DNA from: Aureliella sp.
GTDB lineage: Bacteria; Planctomycetota; Planctomycetia; Pirellulales; Pirellulaceae
Direction of reading: 5' to 3'
Length of the DNA: 64,000 nucleotides
Assembly (NCBI GenBank): GCA_963691875.1
Contig: OY829846.1
Location: 2,688,001-2,752,000, forward strand
Made by a program: the position numbers and the translations under genes. Positions 9,560-19,072 of this stretch are shown here, in pieces (the first letter of the stretch is position 1; each line of letters begins with the position of its first letter). A model generated the notes under the pieces. It made no database searches and had not been told where the DNA came from. It saw only the letters and a list, made by a program, of their open reading frames with translations.

Positions 9560-10759
9560 ATGCCGGAATTTGCCTACACAGCCCGCGACCTAAGCGGACA
9601 GAAAAAGACTGGAGTGTTGACTGCAAACAGTCAGCACGAGGCCCTGGTCCAATTGGATACGATGGCCCTGATGCCGGTCGAGATCACTACTGCCAATAAT
9701 GCGGCAGCAGTTCGCGGCAAAAAAGTCTCCGGGCAGGTGATGGCGAATGCCTACAATCAGCTGTCTTCGCTGCTCCGTAGTGGAGTTCCGTTGCTGCGGG
9801 CTTTGACAGTCATGAGTCAGCAGGCAACCAAGCCGGCACTGAAGGTTGTACTGGAAGAGGTCAAGACGAAAGTGGAGGATGGAGAGCCACTGCCAGACGT
9901 CATGGCTCGATACCCGCGAGTGTTCAACAACATGGCTGTGAACATGGTGCGAGCTGGGACCGAAGGGGGCTTTCTTGAGGATGCGTTGGAACGTGTCGCA
10001 ACTTTCACCGAACAGCAAGAGGACCTGAAAGGGCGAGCTGCTGGGGCACTGGCTTATCCGATATTTCTAGCCTGCGTGGGAACGGCAGTCGTGTCCGTTT
10101 TGGTCATTTTTTTCGTACCCAAATTTGAGCCGTTGTTTGCGGGACTGAGGGAGCAGGGGCAGCTGCCTTTTGCGACGGACCTATTGCTCGGGTTTAGTGC
10201 ATTTCTACAAAGCTATTGGTTTGTTCCGATTGTCGGGATTGTTTTTTCTTTATTCGCCGCGGTAGCATTCCTGAATACGGAACGCGGTCAGTACACTCTG
10301 GATTACGTCAAAATCAAAGTGCCAATGTTTGGCAAGATTTTCCTCAACTTGGCGGTAGCTCGATTTTGCCGGGTCTTGGGAACTTTGTTGCAGAACGGCG
10401 TGCCGATTTTGAGGTCTTTGGACATTAGCCGCGAAGCGGCAGGCAACCAGATCCTCTCCCATTCCATTGAGAAAGCCAGTGAAAACATCACCGCTGGGGA
10501 AAAACTGGCCACGCCGCTATCGTCCTCTGGGCATTTCCCTAATCAAGTTGTGGAAATGATTTCTGTTGCCGAAGAGTCCAATACGTTGGATAAAGTAATG
10601 GTGCAGATCTCTGATAGTTTGGAAAAAACTACATTTAGACGTCTCGACATGATGGTCCGCCTGCTCGAACCGTTGATGTTGCTCTTGATGGCCGGAATTG
10701 TATTTTTCATCGTTTTAGCACTCATGGTACCGCTACTAAACAGTGCTGGCACGGTTTAA
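9560..10759 (+). CDS. gspF: Type II secretion inner-membrane platform protein GspF
   Basis: MPEFAYTARD start, LLRSGVPLLRAL, ALAYPIFL, two T2SSF repeats, LLEPLMLL. Confidence 0.92.
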   Translation: MPEFAYTARDLSGQKKTGVLTANSQHEALVQLDTMALMPVEITTANNAAAVRGKKVSGQVMANAYNQLSSLLRSGVPLLRALTVMSQQATKPALKVVLEEVKTKVEDGEPLPDVMARYPRVFNNMAVNMVRAGTEGGFLEDALERVATFTEQQEDLKGRAAGALAYPIFLACVGTAVVSVLVIFFVPKFEPLFAGLREQGQLPFATDLLLGFSAFLQSYWFVPIVGIVFSLFAAVAFLNTERGQYTLDYVKIKVPMFGKIFLNLAVARFCRVLGTLLQNGVPILRSLDISREAAGNQILSHSIEKASENITAGEKLATPLSSSGHFPNQVVEMISVAEESNTLDKVMVQISDSLEKTTFRRLDMMVRLLEPLMLLLMAGIVFFIVLALMVPLLNSAGTV

Positions 10760-10848
10760 GGAAACGGATTCTTAATAGATTCTGTTTGAACACCAATTAA
10801 AGAACACGCTGCCGAACGGGGCAGACTATTGTCACAGGGAGTATTCTG

Positions 10849-11280
10849 ATGCGAAGAGCTATGAGAAGAACATCGAGCCGTCGACTGCTTCGTGCTGCAT
10901 TCACGCTGCTTGAGGTCATGTTGGTATTGGTGATTTTGGCCGCAATCGCGGGTATTGCTGTCGTCAACTTGGGTGGTATTCAGGACAGGGCGAACATTCG
11001 CTTGACCAAGACCACAATTGCAGGTCTGAAGACGGCGATGGAAACCTACAGAATGGAAGTTGGCTCTTACCCAACCCAGCTCAACGACTTGCACGAGCAG
11101 CCTTCCGATTTGGCAGACCCGGACAAGTGGTTGCAACTTCGCAAGGACCCTATTGAGAACGATCCTTGGGGCAACGCATTCACCTACACCAACAGCGGAG
11201 CGGATTTTGAGATCCGTAGCAATGGCCCTGACGGCCAAGCCGGTACGGATGACGATATTTCCAGCAAAAAAGAAGCATAG
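10849..11280 (+). CDS. gspG: Major pseudopilin GspG
   Basis: Basic leader then A|FTLLEVMLVLVIL, YRMEVGSYP, DPWGNAFTY, SNGPDGQAGTDDDI. Confidence 0.92.
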   Translation: MRRAMRRTSSRRLLRAAFTLLEVMLVLVILAAIAGIAVVNLGGIQDRANIRLTKTTIAGLKTAMETYRMEVGSYPTQLNDLHEQPSDLADPDKWLQLRKDPIENDPWGNAFTYTNSGADFEIRSNGPDGQAGTDDDISSKKEA

Positions 11281-11302
11281 ACAGAAGTCTTTTGCAGCCA
11301 CC

Positions 11303-11347
11303 AAGCCCCCAGAGTCGCTCGACGGCCCTGGGGCTTTGTTGTGTTTT
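11303..11347 (+). terminator. Intra-operon stem-loop after gspG
   Basis: AAGCCCCCAG...CTGGGGCTTT followed by GTTGTGTTTT. Confidence 0.6.
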
Positions 11348-11379
11348 AGGTCCTCATTAACCGCAGCCGTTCTCAAGTC

Positions 11380-12108
11380 ATGCTAGTCCCAAGTTCAAGT
11401 TTGATAACATGGCGTCAAGCGAGACAAGCTTCTCGTGTTGGCTTCACGTTACTTGAGTTGCTACTGGTGTTGACAATTCTGGTTGCGATCGGCGCGATCG
11501 CGGCACCAAAACTGTCTGATGTCTTGGAGCGTCAAAAACTGAATGGCTCTGCGACTAATCTTCGATTGGCTTGGGATGAGGCGAGGCTAGAGGCAATGCG
11601 AACCGGCCAAGCTCAGGTCTTCGAGTGTGATGTTGGGACAGGCCAGTACACCGTGAAGCCGCTGATATTGCAGTCGGACATCACCAATGCGGGTGCCGGC
11701 GCGACCGTGATGACACAAGCCGGAACAATGGTCGAAACTCAGGAAAACGGCTTTTTCACCGCCCCAGACGCCGCGGCCCCCTCGGCTGATGCACAGACGA
11801 AGAACCTAGAAGAAGCGATCACCTTTGTGAGTTGCTTGGTCTCGAGCGATATGCGTGCGTACAGCGTGGCGCAAGAATCGCAGGCTGCAAACAACTTGGA
11901 AGTTTCGACCAATACGGTAGTTCAGCAAGTCATCTTCTACCCTGATGGCAGCACGAGTACAGCCGAAGTGCAGATTCAGAATGAGCGGGGTGAGATTCGC
12001 GGAATCAGGATGCGAGGTCTTACCGGGCACAGCTCGATCGTGGAGATCAAGAATGTCGCTTCGAGTACGGATTCAGAGTCAGAGAAGGGAACGAGCAATG
12101 GTTCCTAG
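11380..12108 (+). CDS. Minor pseudopilin (GspH/FimT-like)
   Basis: G|FTLLELLLVL prepilin motif, ARLEAMRTG, C-terminal IFYPDGST. Confidence 0.8.
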   Translation: MLVPSSSLITWRQARQASRVGFTLLELLLVLTILVAIGAIAAPKLSDVLERQKLNGSATNLRLAWDEARLEAMRTGQAQVFECDVGTGQYTVKPLILQSDITNAGAGATVMTQAGTMVETQENGFFTAPDAAAPSADAQTKNLEEAITFVSCLVSSDMRAYSVAQESQAANNLEVSTNTVVQQVIFYPDGSTSTAEVQIQNERGEIRGIRMRGLTGHSSIVEIKNVASSTDSESEKGTSNGS

Positions 12109-12940
12109 ATCCGCACGCAACGCACTTTCACTCTTAGAAGTGATGTTAGCCTTGTCGATTCTCGCCGTCGCCACTGCATACCTTGCTGGAGCAATGGAGC
12201 AGGCTGCAAGCAACGCGATCAAGGCTCAGAAGCTAACGCAAGCTGAGTTGGTGGCGGAGAGCGTCATGAACCAAGTTGTTGCAGGCGTCATACCGGCGGA
12301 TGTCGTCACTTGGACACCTTATGTGAACTCGCGTGGGCAAACCGAGTGGATGTATCAACTGCAGCCAGTCCCGACTGAAATCGAAAGCATGTTAGGATAT
12401 CAAGTTTCGGTGCAGCGGATAGATCCTCAGCTGGGTGTCATCCAGACTCAGTACGATTTGTATACAAATCGATGGATCATTGATCCTGCTCTTGGATTGG
12501 ACACTCCGCCTGAGGAAGAGTACGGCGAAGAAAGCTACGGTAGTTCGAGCTATGGGGCTGGCCAATCTGCTGGAAGTGCAGGAGACGCTTCCGGTGGTGG
12601 CTTTGGTGCAGGCGGTCCTGGTAGTGCAGCAGGCGGCGCGGGTGGAGGCAGCAATGCTGGCGGACGTGGCAACGCAGGTGGCCGAGGTGGAGAGAACGGG
12701 CGTGGTGGCAACGCTCGCACAGGCGGTGGAAACGGAAGAAATGGAGCTGGAGGACGTCCCGCAGGTGGATCCGGCCGTGCTGGCGGTGGCGGACGTCCTG
12801 CAGGCGGCGCCGGAAGAGCTGGTGCAGGTGGTCGCCCTGCTGGTGGCACGGGAAGAACTGGCGGAGGCGGAGGACGCCCCGCTGCAGGTGGTAACTTTGG
12901 TCCTGGCGGTCCAGCATCGGGAAGAGGGGGCGGAAGATAA
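12098..12940 (+). CDS. Minor pseudopilin (GspI-like) with long Gly/Arg-rich tail
   Basis: A|LSLLEVMLALSIL motif after ATG 12098, which overlaps the gspH-like stop; last ~130 aa are GGAGGRPAGG-type repeats. Confidence 0.75.
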   Translation: MVPRSARNALSLLEVMLALSILAVATAYLAGAMEQAASNAIKAQKLTQAELVAESVMNQVVAGVIPADVVTWTPYVNSRGQTEWMYQLQPVPTEIESMLGYQVSVQRIDPQLGVIQTQYDLYTNRWIIDPALGLDTPPEEEYGEESYGSSSYGAGQSAGSAGDASGGGFGAGGPGSAAGGAGGGSNAGGRGNAGGRGGENGRGGNARTGGGNGRNGAGGRPAGGSGRAGGGGRPAGGAGRAGAGGRPAGGTGRTGGGGGRPAAGGNFGPGGPASGRGGGR

Positions 12941-14034
12941 TGTCTTTTGCGTCCGCAAAGAATCGCACTAAGGGCTATCGCGGCGGAAGGTGTATGAGCC
13001 GCAGAGCTGGCTTCACGCTGCTCGAGCTGATGTTGTCACTCGGGCTGATCGTGGTGGCAACTGCCCTGATAGGCTTCATAATGCAGATGTACTCCCGAAA
13101 TTTCACGGAGAAGTCTGACGACATTCGGCGTGAGCAACTTGGCCGGGCGATTCTCAATATGATCGCAGCGGATATTCGCGCTCTGGTATTGGAGCAGGAA
13201 TACGACGGTTCGGTTCTCGCCGCGCAACTCGGAGCCGAGCCTGGCGATGGTGAGGCGGGGGCTGCCGCTTCGGGTGGTGGCGATGCGGGACTCGCGAGTG
13301 ACTCTTTAACAGAAGATCCGACACTTGCATCTGATCCCGAAGATCCCAATGCATTGACAGATCCAAACGCCATGTTGACCTCGGACCTGCCGCCAGGAAT
13401 CTACGGTGATCAGTCGACGCTGATGCTGACTGTCAGCCGGATCCCACGTCGAGACGAATACTTGGTTCAGCAAGCTTCCATTCTCACTGGCTCTCTCAGT
13501 GATGCCCCTGGCGACATCAAGACAGTCCAGTACTTCGTCCAAGCCGCGACCATGTCGGGCGTTTCGGATGAGATGGCAATGTTTCAAGCAGATCCGCAAA
13601 ATGCTGTTGCGGCCAGCGGGTTCTCAAGTGGTCTGATCAGACGCGCGTTGGACCGAAGTGTGATGGCGTTTGCCGAAGAACAAGGGAGTTTGGATAGCAT
13701 CCAACGAACGGGTAGTCTCATTGCACCTGAGGTTATATCGATTCAATTCGCCTACTTCGATGGTATCGATGGACAGTGGCTCTACGAGTGGGACTCATCG
13801 CAAGAGTCTTTGCCTTGGCTTGTACAAATCACATTGGCCATGCAGTCGAAGTCAGGTGCGAATGACAACCCGCTTCCGGCGGGTACGCCACTTATGAATC
13901 TGACTTTCGAAGATCAGAAAGCTTACGGACTCGAAGTCTACGAGTTGGTGGTTGCAATCCCTGGCGCGAACCTGGTTGCAGCTGACGCGGCTGCGGCGGA
14001 CGCGGCTGCTGGGATGGAAGCAGTGGGGCTTTAA
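12940..14034 (+). CDS. Minor pseudopilin (GspJ-like)
   Basis: G|FTLLELMLSLGLI, DIKTVQYFV, IAPEVISIQFAYFDG..W..EWDS..LP.LVQITL. Confidence 0.8.
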   Translation: MSFASAKNRTKGYRGGRCMSRRAGFTLLELMLSLGLIVVATALIGFIMQMYSRNFTEKSDDIRREQLGRAILNMIAADIRALVLEQEYDGSVLAAQLGAEPGDGEAGAAASGGGDAGLASDSLTEDPTLASDPEDPNALTDPNAMLTSDLPPGIYGDQSTLMLTVSRIPRRDEYLVQQASILTGSLSDAPGDIKTVQYFVQAATMSGVSDEMAMFQADPQNAVAASGFSSGLIRRALDRSVMAFAEEQGSLDSIQRTGSLIAPEVISIQFAYFDGIDGQWLYEWDSSQESLPWLVQITLAMQSKSGANDNPLPAGTPLMNLTFEDQKAYGLEVYELVVAIPGANLVAADAAAADAAAGMEAVGL

Positions 14035-14036
14035 CG

Positions 14037-15941
14037 ATGAAACAGAAATCCAATCGCCGTCCCGCCTTCTTGTTGATCTTGGTGCTGGTTGTCATTTCCA
14101 TGGCTTCGTTGGCAGCACTGAATTTTTCTCGGTCCATGTTTGTTTCGTATGCAACGTCGCGACATTCCAATGCTCAGTTACAGGCGCGTTTTTGTGCTGA
14201 GTCTGGAGCCCAGTCTCTTCGTTTGTTCTTGGCGTATCCGAGAGCGACCCGCCTTGAGTACGGAGGCACTTGGAACAACCCGACAATGTTCGGCTCCGTG
14301 AACGTCATGCCCGACTCCGATCCATCTCGGCGAGGTAACTATACGGTTCTGGCCCCGGGCTTGGATGCGTTTGGAAACTACTTTTCGACGCGGCGAGGAC
14401 TACAGAATGAGTCTGCCAAGCTAAATCTAAATGTCCTCTCACAACTCGATGAGCTGGCAGCTTCAGGCGATATGGGCGCCGCCGCTGTGGATGACTCCGC
14501 TGGAGCTGGCGATAGTCCACTTGCGGACGCTGCCTCGTCGCTGGCCAGCGAAAGCACTTCTGCGGTAGCAGGTGACATGGCGATGAACATCTTGCTTTCT
14601 CTGCCCGGCATGACAGAGCTGGTTGCGATGGATATTTTGGATTTCCTCGACGCGGACGATGTGCCACGGGGCGGAGGCTCCTCTGAATTTGATGATTACT
14701 ACAGCCAGCTTCCGACACCTTATCGCCCTCCAAACGGTCCTCTTAACTCGATCGAGCAGCTTTTGATGTGTCGAGGTGTTACACCGCAGATGCTGTTTGG
14801 CTACGACGAGAATCGCAATGGGGTGCTGGATCCAGCGGAGCAAAACTTGATGAACCAGGGTATTCAGCCTGGTGCTGCCCCTGGAAACATGTCCGCCTTA
14901 TCGAGCGATCCCGAAGTTTCACAGCCTCCTCCATTGGGTTGGGCTGCATATCTGACGATTCACTCTGAAGAGAGGAATATTAGTTCTCAAGGTTTACCGC
15001 GAATCAATATCAATTCGGATGACCTTGAGACCCTTTATGCAGATCTGAGTGAAGCCCTCGGAAATGATCTTTGGGCCAGTTTTATCGTCGCCTGCCGGAT
15101 GGCGGGAACCGCTGGTGGTGGGCAGAGTCCGCTTATTCGCCTTGCGACGCTGTCTGCGGCAGATTCCGATCCGGACGGAATGCTCGGCGCAGAGCTTGAG
15201 GCTATTTCGGCGATGACGGCCGCTCCAGAACAAGACTTGAGCAATGCGAAAATCTGGTCGCCAGACTTGCTTGGCGAGTTCGACCTTACCCAGGGTGGCA
15301 AAGTACAATTCAATCAGATTCTCGATCTATTTGATGCGACGGTAACGATAGGGCAGGAAACTTACCTATCTCCGTTTCAATCAGTAGATCTGTTTGGCAT
15401 GGTGAACTCGACACCAATCCTGATGGACAACCTGACGACTGTTGATTCCGAATCCATACCTGGGCGTATCAACATCATGGAATGCCCACAGGAAATCTTA
15501 CGGGGAATCCCTGGCCTGACGGATGAGAAAGTAGACGAGATTTTGGAGGCGCGGGTTGATGGCTCGGAGTCGGAGTCTCGCAATTTCGAAACTTGGTTGG
15601 TCGTCGAGGGTTATTTGACGATGGACGATATGCGAGCGTTGCTGCCACTGATTACATGCGGTGGCGATGTCTTCAAATGCCAGATCGTCGGCTACATGGA
15701 AGGGGACGCTGCATATTCTCGCATGGAAGCCGTAATCAGTGCGGCTGGCGTGCTGCCCGAAATCAGGTTCATCAGGCGACTCGACCATCTGGGGCGTGGA
15801 TTTGATCTCGCAAGTCTCGGTACGCGACCGGACGCGATTTCACCTGGAGCCGGGGTTAGAGCAACCAGTGGGGGCGGAATGCCCGGCGGGGGCGGAATGC
15901 CCGGCAGCGGATCCGCACTACAGCCCGGCGGCATACAGTAG
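14037..15941 (+). CDS. gspK: Minor pseudopilin GspK
   Basis: PAFLLILVLVVI leader, NESAKLNLN, ILDFLDAD, PPNGPLNSIEQLL, GRINIMECPQEILRGIPGL helix-hairpin-helix. Confidence 0.85.
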   Translation: MKQKSNRRPAFLLILVLVVISMASLAALNFSRSMFVSYATSRHSNAQLQARFCAESGAQSLRLFLAYPRATRLEYGGTWNNPTMFGSVNVMPDSDPSRRGNYTVLAPGLDAFGNYFSTRRGLQNESAKLNLNVLSQLDELAASGDMGAAAVDDSAGAGDSPLADAASSLASESTSAVAGDMAMNILLSLPGMTELVAMDILDFLDADDVPRGGGSSEFDDYYSQLPTPYRPPNGPLNSIEQLLMCRGVTPQMLFGYDENRNGVLDPAEQNLMNQGIQPGAAPGNMSALSSDPEVSQPPPLGWAAYLTIHSEERNISSQGLPRININSDDLETLYADLSEALGNDLWASFIVACRMAGTAGGGQSPLIRLATLSAADSDPDGMLGAELEAISAMTAAPEQDLSNAKIWSPDLLGEFDLTQGGKVQFNQILDLFDATVTIGQETYLSPFQSVDLFGMVNSTPILMDNLTTVDSESIPGRINIMECPQEILRGIPGLTDEKVDEILEARVDGSESESRNFETWLVVEGYLTMDDMRALLPLITCGGDVFKCQIVGYMEGDAAYSRMEAVISAAGVLPEIRFIRRLDHLGRGFDLASLGTRPDAISPGAGVRATSGGGMPGGGGMPGSGSALQPGGIQ

Positions 15942-16049
15942 AGCTTTCCCAGTAGATTTCGCGAGCTTGGGCTTCGCGAGTAAACTAGAACTAAGAGATT
16001 TTTTCGGCCATTAGTTTGATGGCAGCAATCGAAGTCGGCAAAAAGAATC

Positions 16050-17801
16050 ATGGCACGACAAACTGTAATTGATTGGCAAAAAGACGGCGTTCTCGTAGCT
16101 GTGGCTAGTGGCAGAGCTGGGCGTATCTCGCTCGACTCGGTCAGCCATCACGAATTGGACTTGGAGCTGGGGGAGTCACATAGTGACGCTCTTTCCAGAG
16201 CCGCTGGGGAGTTAAAGCTGGGCAAAGGAAACGCAACACTGGTTGCTGCGCGTGATTTTGTCGAAGTTCGTACAATCAGCGTTCCCCGTGTCGATGCTGC
16301 TGAGCTCCCTGGAATCATTCGTTTTCAAGCGCAGCGACAACTTGCCAACATGGGCGACAGCTGGACTCTTGACTACGTGATGTTGCCCAGCGACGGGCAA
16401 GAAATGCAAACGGCTCTCGTTGGTGCACTTGCTCCTGAGCACTTAAAGAGGATGGAGGCAGCGTGTACTCGCTGCGGTCTTCAACTTGCTCAAGTAGCGT
16501 TGCGACCAATCGAAATTGCGCGGCACGCGGTTCACGCTTCGTCGATCGGCAATCAAACCGCGTTGATGGTTTGCGTTTCCGAAGGCACTGCTGATCTGAT
16601 CATTGCCCAGGGTGGCAGGGTCATCATGGTCCGCAATACAAACTTGCCTACCGAAGGCGAACACATCGCTGGAGCATTGTCAGGTGAAATTCGGCGTTCG
16701 TTGCTAGCGGCTTCTAGCCAATTAGGTGGCAAGAGTATTGAAAACGCAGTCTTGATGTGCTCTGCCGATTTGGCGCCACAGATCGAACAGGCCGTTGCAG
16801 ATGCAACAGGAATGCCGGTTACGGTCATTGATCTAACAACAGTTTTGCCCGCCGGGCTCGATACTCGAACGACGCTCGCCAACCAACAAGGCAATCGGCT
16901 GGCCGGAATTTGCGGCGCTGCGGCACTAACGACTGCAGATAAGAGTACAACACTTGATTTCAGAAACCCAAAGAAGGCACCTCCAAAGAAAAGTAAGACG
17001 CCGACTTACATCATGCTCGGAGTTGCGGCGACGGTGCTGATCGCTTGCGGTGTCGGCTATTGGATCTACCTAAACAATTCTCTGGACACCGAACTCGCTG
17101 GCTACGAACAAGCAAACAAAGACAAAAAGGCATTGATTGAACTCGCCAACTCAAGGATGAGTCAAGTTTCCGCCGTTGAGGCCTTTGCCAAAGCTTCGCC
17201 AAACTACCTGGATGCTTTGCTGCATATCACTGAAAACGCCCCCGAATCGAAAGAGTTCATGTTGGCGGGCCCGCAATTCACCACTCTGACAGGTGGAGAA
17301 GGCCAAGTACGGATCAATGTTGCTGGCAATTCCTCCGGAAGCATCGGAAAGTTTGAGGAGTCCGTTCGTGACGAAAACTACGAGGTCAAGGCTCGCAACC
17401 CGCGTGAGTCGAGCCGACCAACCAATCTTTACAAATGGGAAGCTACCGAACTCGTGACCATCACCAATCTGGGCTGGAAAGTGCTGGACACTGTCGCGAG
17501 TGTTGGCCAATCCGGGGAAGCTTCAGAGGCAGGAGTGCCTGAAGGTGATGAGGCTCCGTCTTCTGGCGACTTAGAAGATAAAGCTGATAAGAGCACAACA
17601 GCTCAAAACGAGGGACAGCCTGAGAGTTCTCAGCCGCGAGAAGATTCAGTGAGCGAACCGAACTCATCGAACGGCGAAGCTACTCCCGAGCCGAGGGCGT
17701 CGGATGAGGAAGCCGACCAGAAGCCAAGAGCCAAAGATGCCAATGCGGGTAACGACTCGCAGCCTGGCACAGCTGACATTGCAAACCAGGCTGACAACTG
17801 A
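16050..17801 (+). CDS. GspL / PilM-PilN-like assembly protein
   Basis: N-terminal actin-like PilM region (ELPGIIRFQA, LDYV), single TM (IMLGVAATVLIACGVGYWIYL), periplasmic coiled-coil/ferredoxin-like part, acidic disordered tail; operon position. Confidence 0.7.
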   Translation: MARQTVIDWQKDGVLVAVASGRAGRISLDSVSHHELDLELGESHSDALSRAAGELKLGKGNATLVAARDFVEVRTISVPRVDAAELPGIIRFQAQRQLANMGDSWTLDYVMLPSDGQEMQTALVGALAPEHLKRMEAACTRCGLQLAQVALRPIEIARHAVHASSIGNQTALMVCVSEGTADLIIAQGGRVIMVRNTNLPTEGEHIAGALSGEIRRSLLAASSQLGGKSIENAVLMCSADLAPQIEQAVADATGMPVTVIDLTTVLPAGLDTRTTLANQQGNRLAGICGAAALTTADKSTTLDFRNPKKAPPKKSKTPTYIMLGVAATVLIACGVGYWIYLNNSLDTELAGYEQANKDKKALIELANSRMSQVSAVEAFAKASPNYLDALLHITENAPESKEFMLAGPQFTTLTGGEGQVRINVAGNSSGSIGKFEESVRDENYEVKARNPRESSRPTNLYKWEATELVTITNLGWKVLDTVASVGQSGEASEAGVPEGDEAPSSGDLEDKADKSTTAQNEGQPESSQPREDSVSEPNSSNGEATPEPRASDEEADQKPRAKDANAGNDSQPGTADIANQADN

Positions 17802-17868
17802 GCCATCCAAGCCGATTTCTGCGTCAAGCACCCGAACACCACGTCATCTTGAACTAGACAACATACTC

Positions 17869-19056
17869 ATGTCAAAACGCGAACGCATCCTAGCAATTGC
17901 CGTACTGTCGATCTTTGGATTGATGATTGTCCAATGGGGCTTCAGCCACGTGTCAAAGGTATTGGATGAGAAGAATTCAAAACTAGACGGCGCGATCGCT
18001 GAATCCGAGCGTCTAGATCAAATCACAAGTCGCGGGTTACGGGCTAAAGGAAGGCTCGACAAGCTCGTCAAATTATCACTGCCGCGAGATCAACAGTCCG
18101 CACTGTACCAATATCGAACCTTTCTGGAGTCTCTCAGCGCAGCGGTAGATATGGAGGGAGTCAGTATCGTTACTCCTGAATCGACCGCATTTCAGAACAA
18201 AGCTTTTGACGCTTACAATTTCAGCCTCCAAGGGGACGTGGAACTCGACAAGTCCATCGAGCTGATCGGCCGCTATTACGACAAAAACTACATTCATACG
18301 ATCAAGGAATGTAAGTTCTCGATGCTTGAAAGCGGTAAGGTTCGGGTGAATCTCATTTCACAAGTGATTGCCTTGAAAGCGGCATCCAAGACTCAGGAGC
18401 TTGCAGACCAATCCTCCGGGCGGCTTGCTATGGACATCGAAGAATACAAGTCGCGGATTTTGGCTCGAAATCCTTTTGCTCCACCAAACGCAGCCCCCAA
18501 ACTCGACAAATCATCATTAGAAATACTCGTAGGGAAGTCCCTTTATCATGAGTTTGGTGCCAAGGATCCAGAGGGGCATAACGTCAAGTACAAGCTAGTC
18601 ACCAAGGAAGAGGACATTCCTGAGGGTATTGAAGTGGACAGCAAGGGAATTAGTGGCGTTCCGACGAAGCCAGGTAAAATCGAAATGGAGTTTGAAATAT
18701 CAGACAACGGCTGGCCCTCCGCATCACGAACGCAGAGTTTTGTGATCAACGTGAAGGAAGAAGTGAAGACCGTTACTAAAGAGGAGCCTACTCTCGACTT
18801 GCTCACTCGGACCAAGGTTTCTGGTTTGGTCGCTGGCGGGAGAAGAGGTAGCGAAGTATGGATTCGCTCCCAATTCGAAGACAAAACCCTCCGCCTAATC
18901 GTGGGAGAAGAGTTTGAAATTGGCGGCCTGAAGGGCAAAGTAATCGAGATCCACCCGCAGGAAGACTACGCCCTTTTTGAGACGGACAATGTTAGATGGG
19001 TGGCAAAGATGTACGTCCCATTCTCAGAGGCATATGCCGAAGGATTGGAAGACTAG
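17869..19056 (+). CDS. GspM/PilO-like protein fused to an Ig-like domain and a GspC/PilP-like C-terminus
   Basis: MSKRERILAI + TM (GspM/PilO-type start); central PNAAPKL..DPEG..IPEGIEVD..ISGVPTKPG..ISDNG Ig/cadherin-like motif; last gene of operon. Confidence 0.6.
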   Translation: MSKRERILAIAVLSIFGLMIVQWGFSHVSKVLDEKNSKLDGAIAESERLDQITSRGLRAKGRLDKLVKLSLPRDQQSALYQYRTFLESLSAAVDMEGVSIVTPESTAFQNKAFDAYNFSLQGDVELDKSIELIGRYYDKNYIHTIKECKFSMLESGKVRVNLISQVIALKAASKTQELADQSSGRLAMDIEEYKSRILARNPFAPPNAAPKLDKSSLEILVGKSLYHEFGAKDPEGHNVKYKLVTKEEDIPEGIEVDSKGISGVPTKPGKIEMEFEISDNGWPSASRTQSFVINVKEEVKTVTKEEPTLDLLTRTKVSGLVAGGRRGSEVWIRSQFEDKTLRLIVGEEFEIGGLKGKVIEIHPQEDYALFETDNVRWVAKMYVPFSEAYAEGLED

Positions 19057-19072
19057 CCAGCACACCTCGCGG

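Noticed and set aside
7131..13000. Pro-rich antisense ORFs (e.g. 7131-7739, 12550-12849)
   Set aside because: Shadows of Gly-rich sense-strand codons
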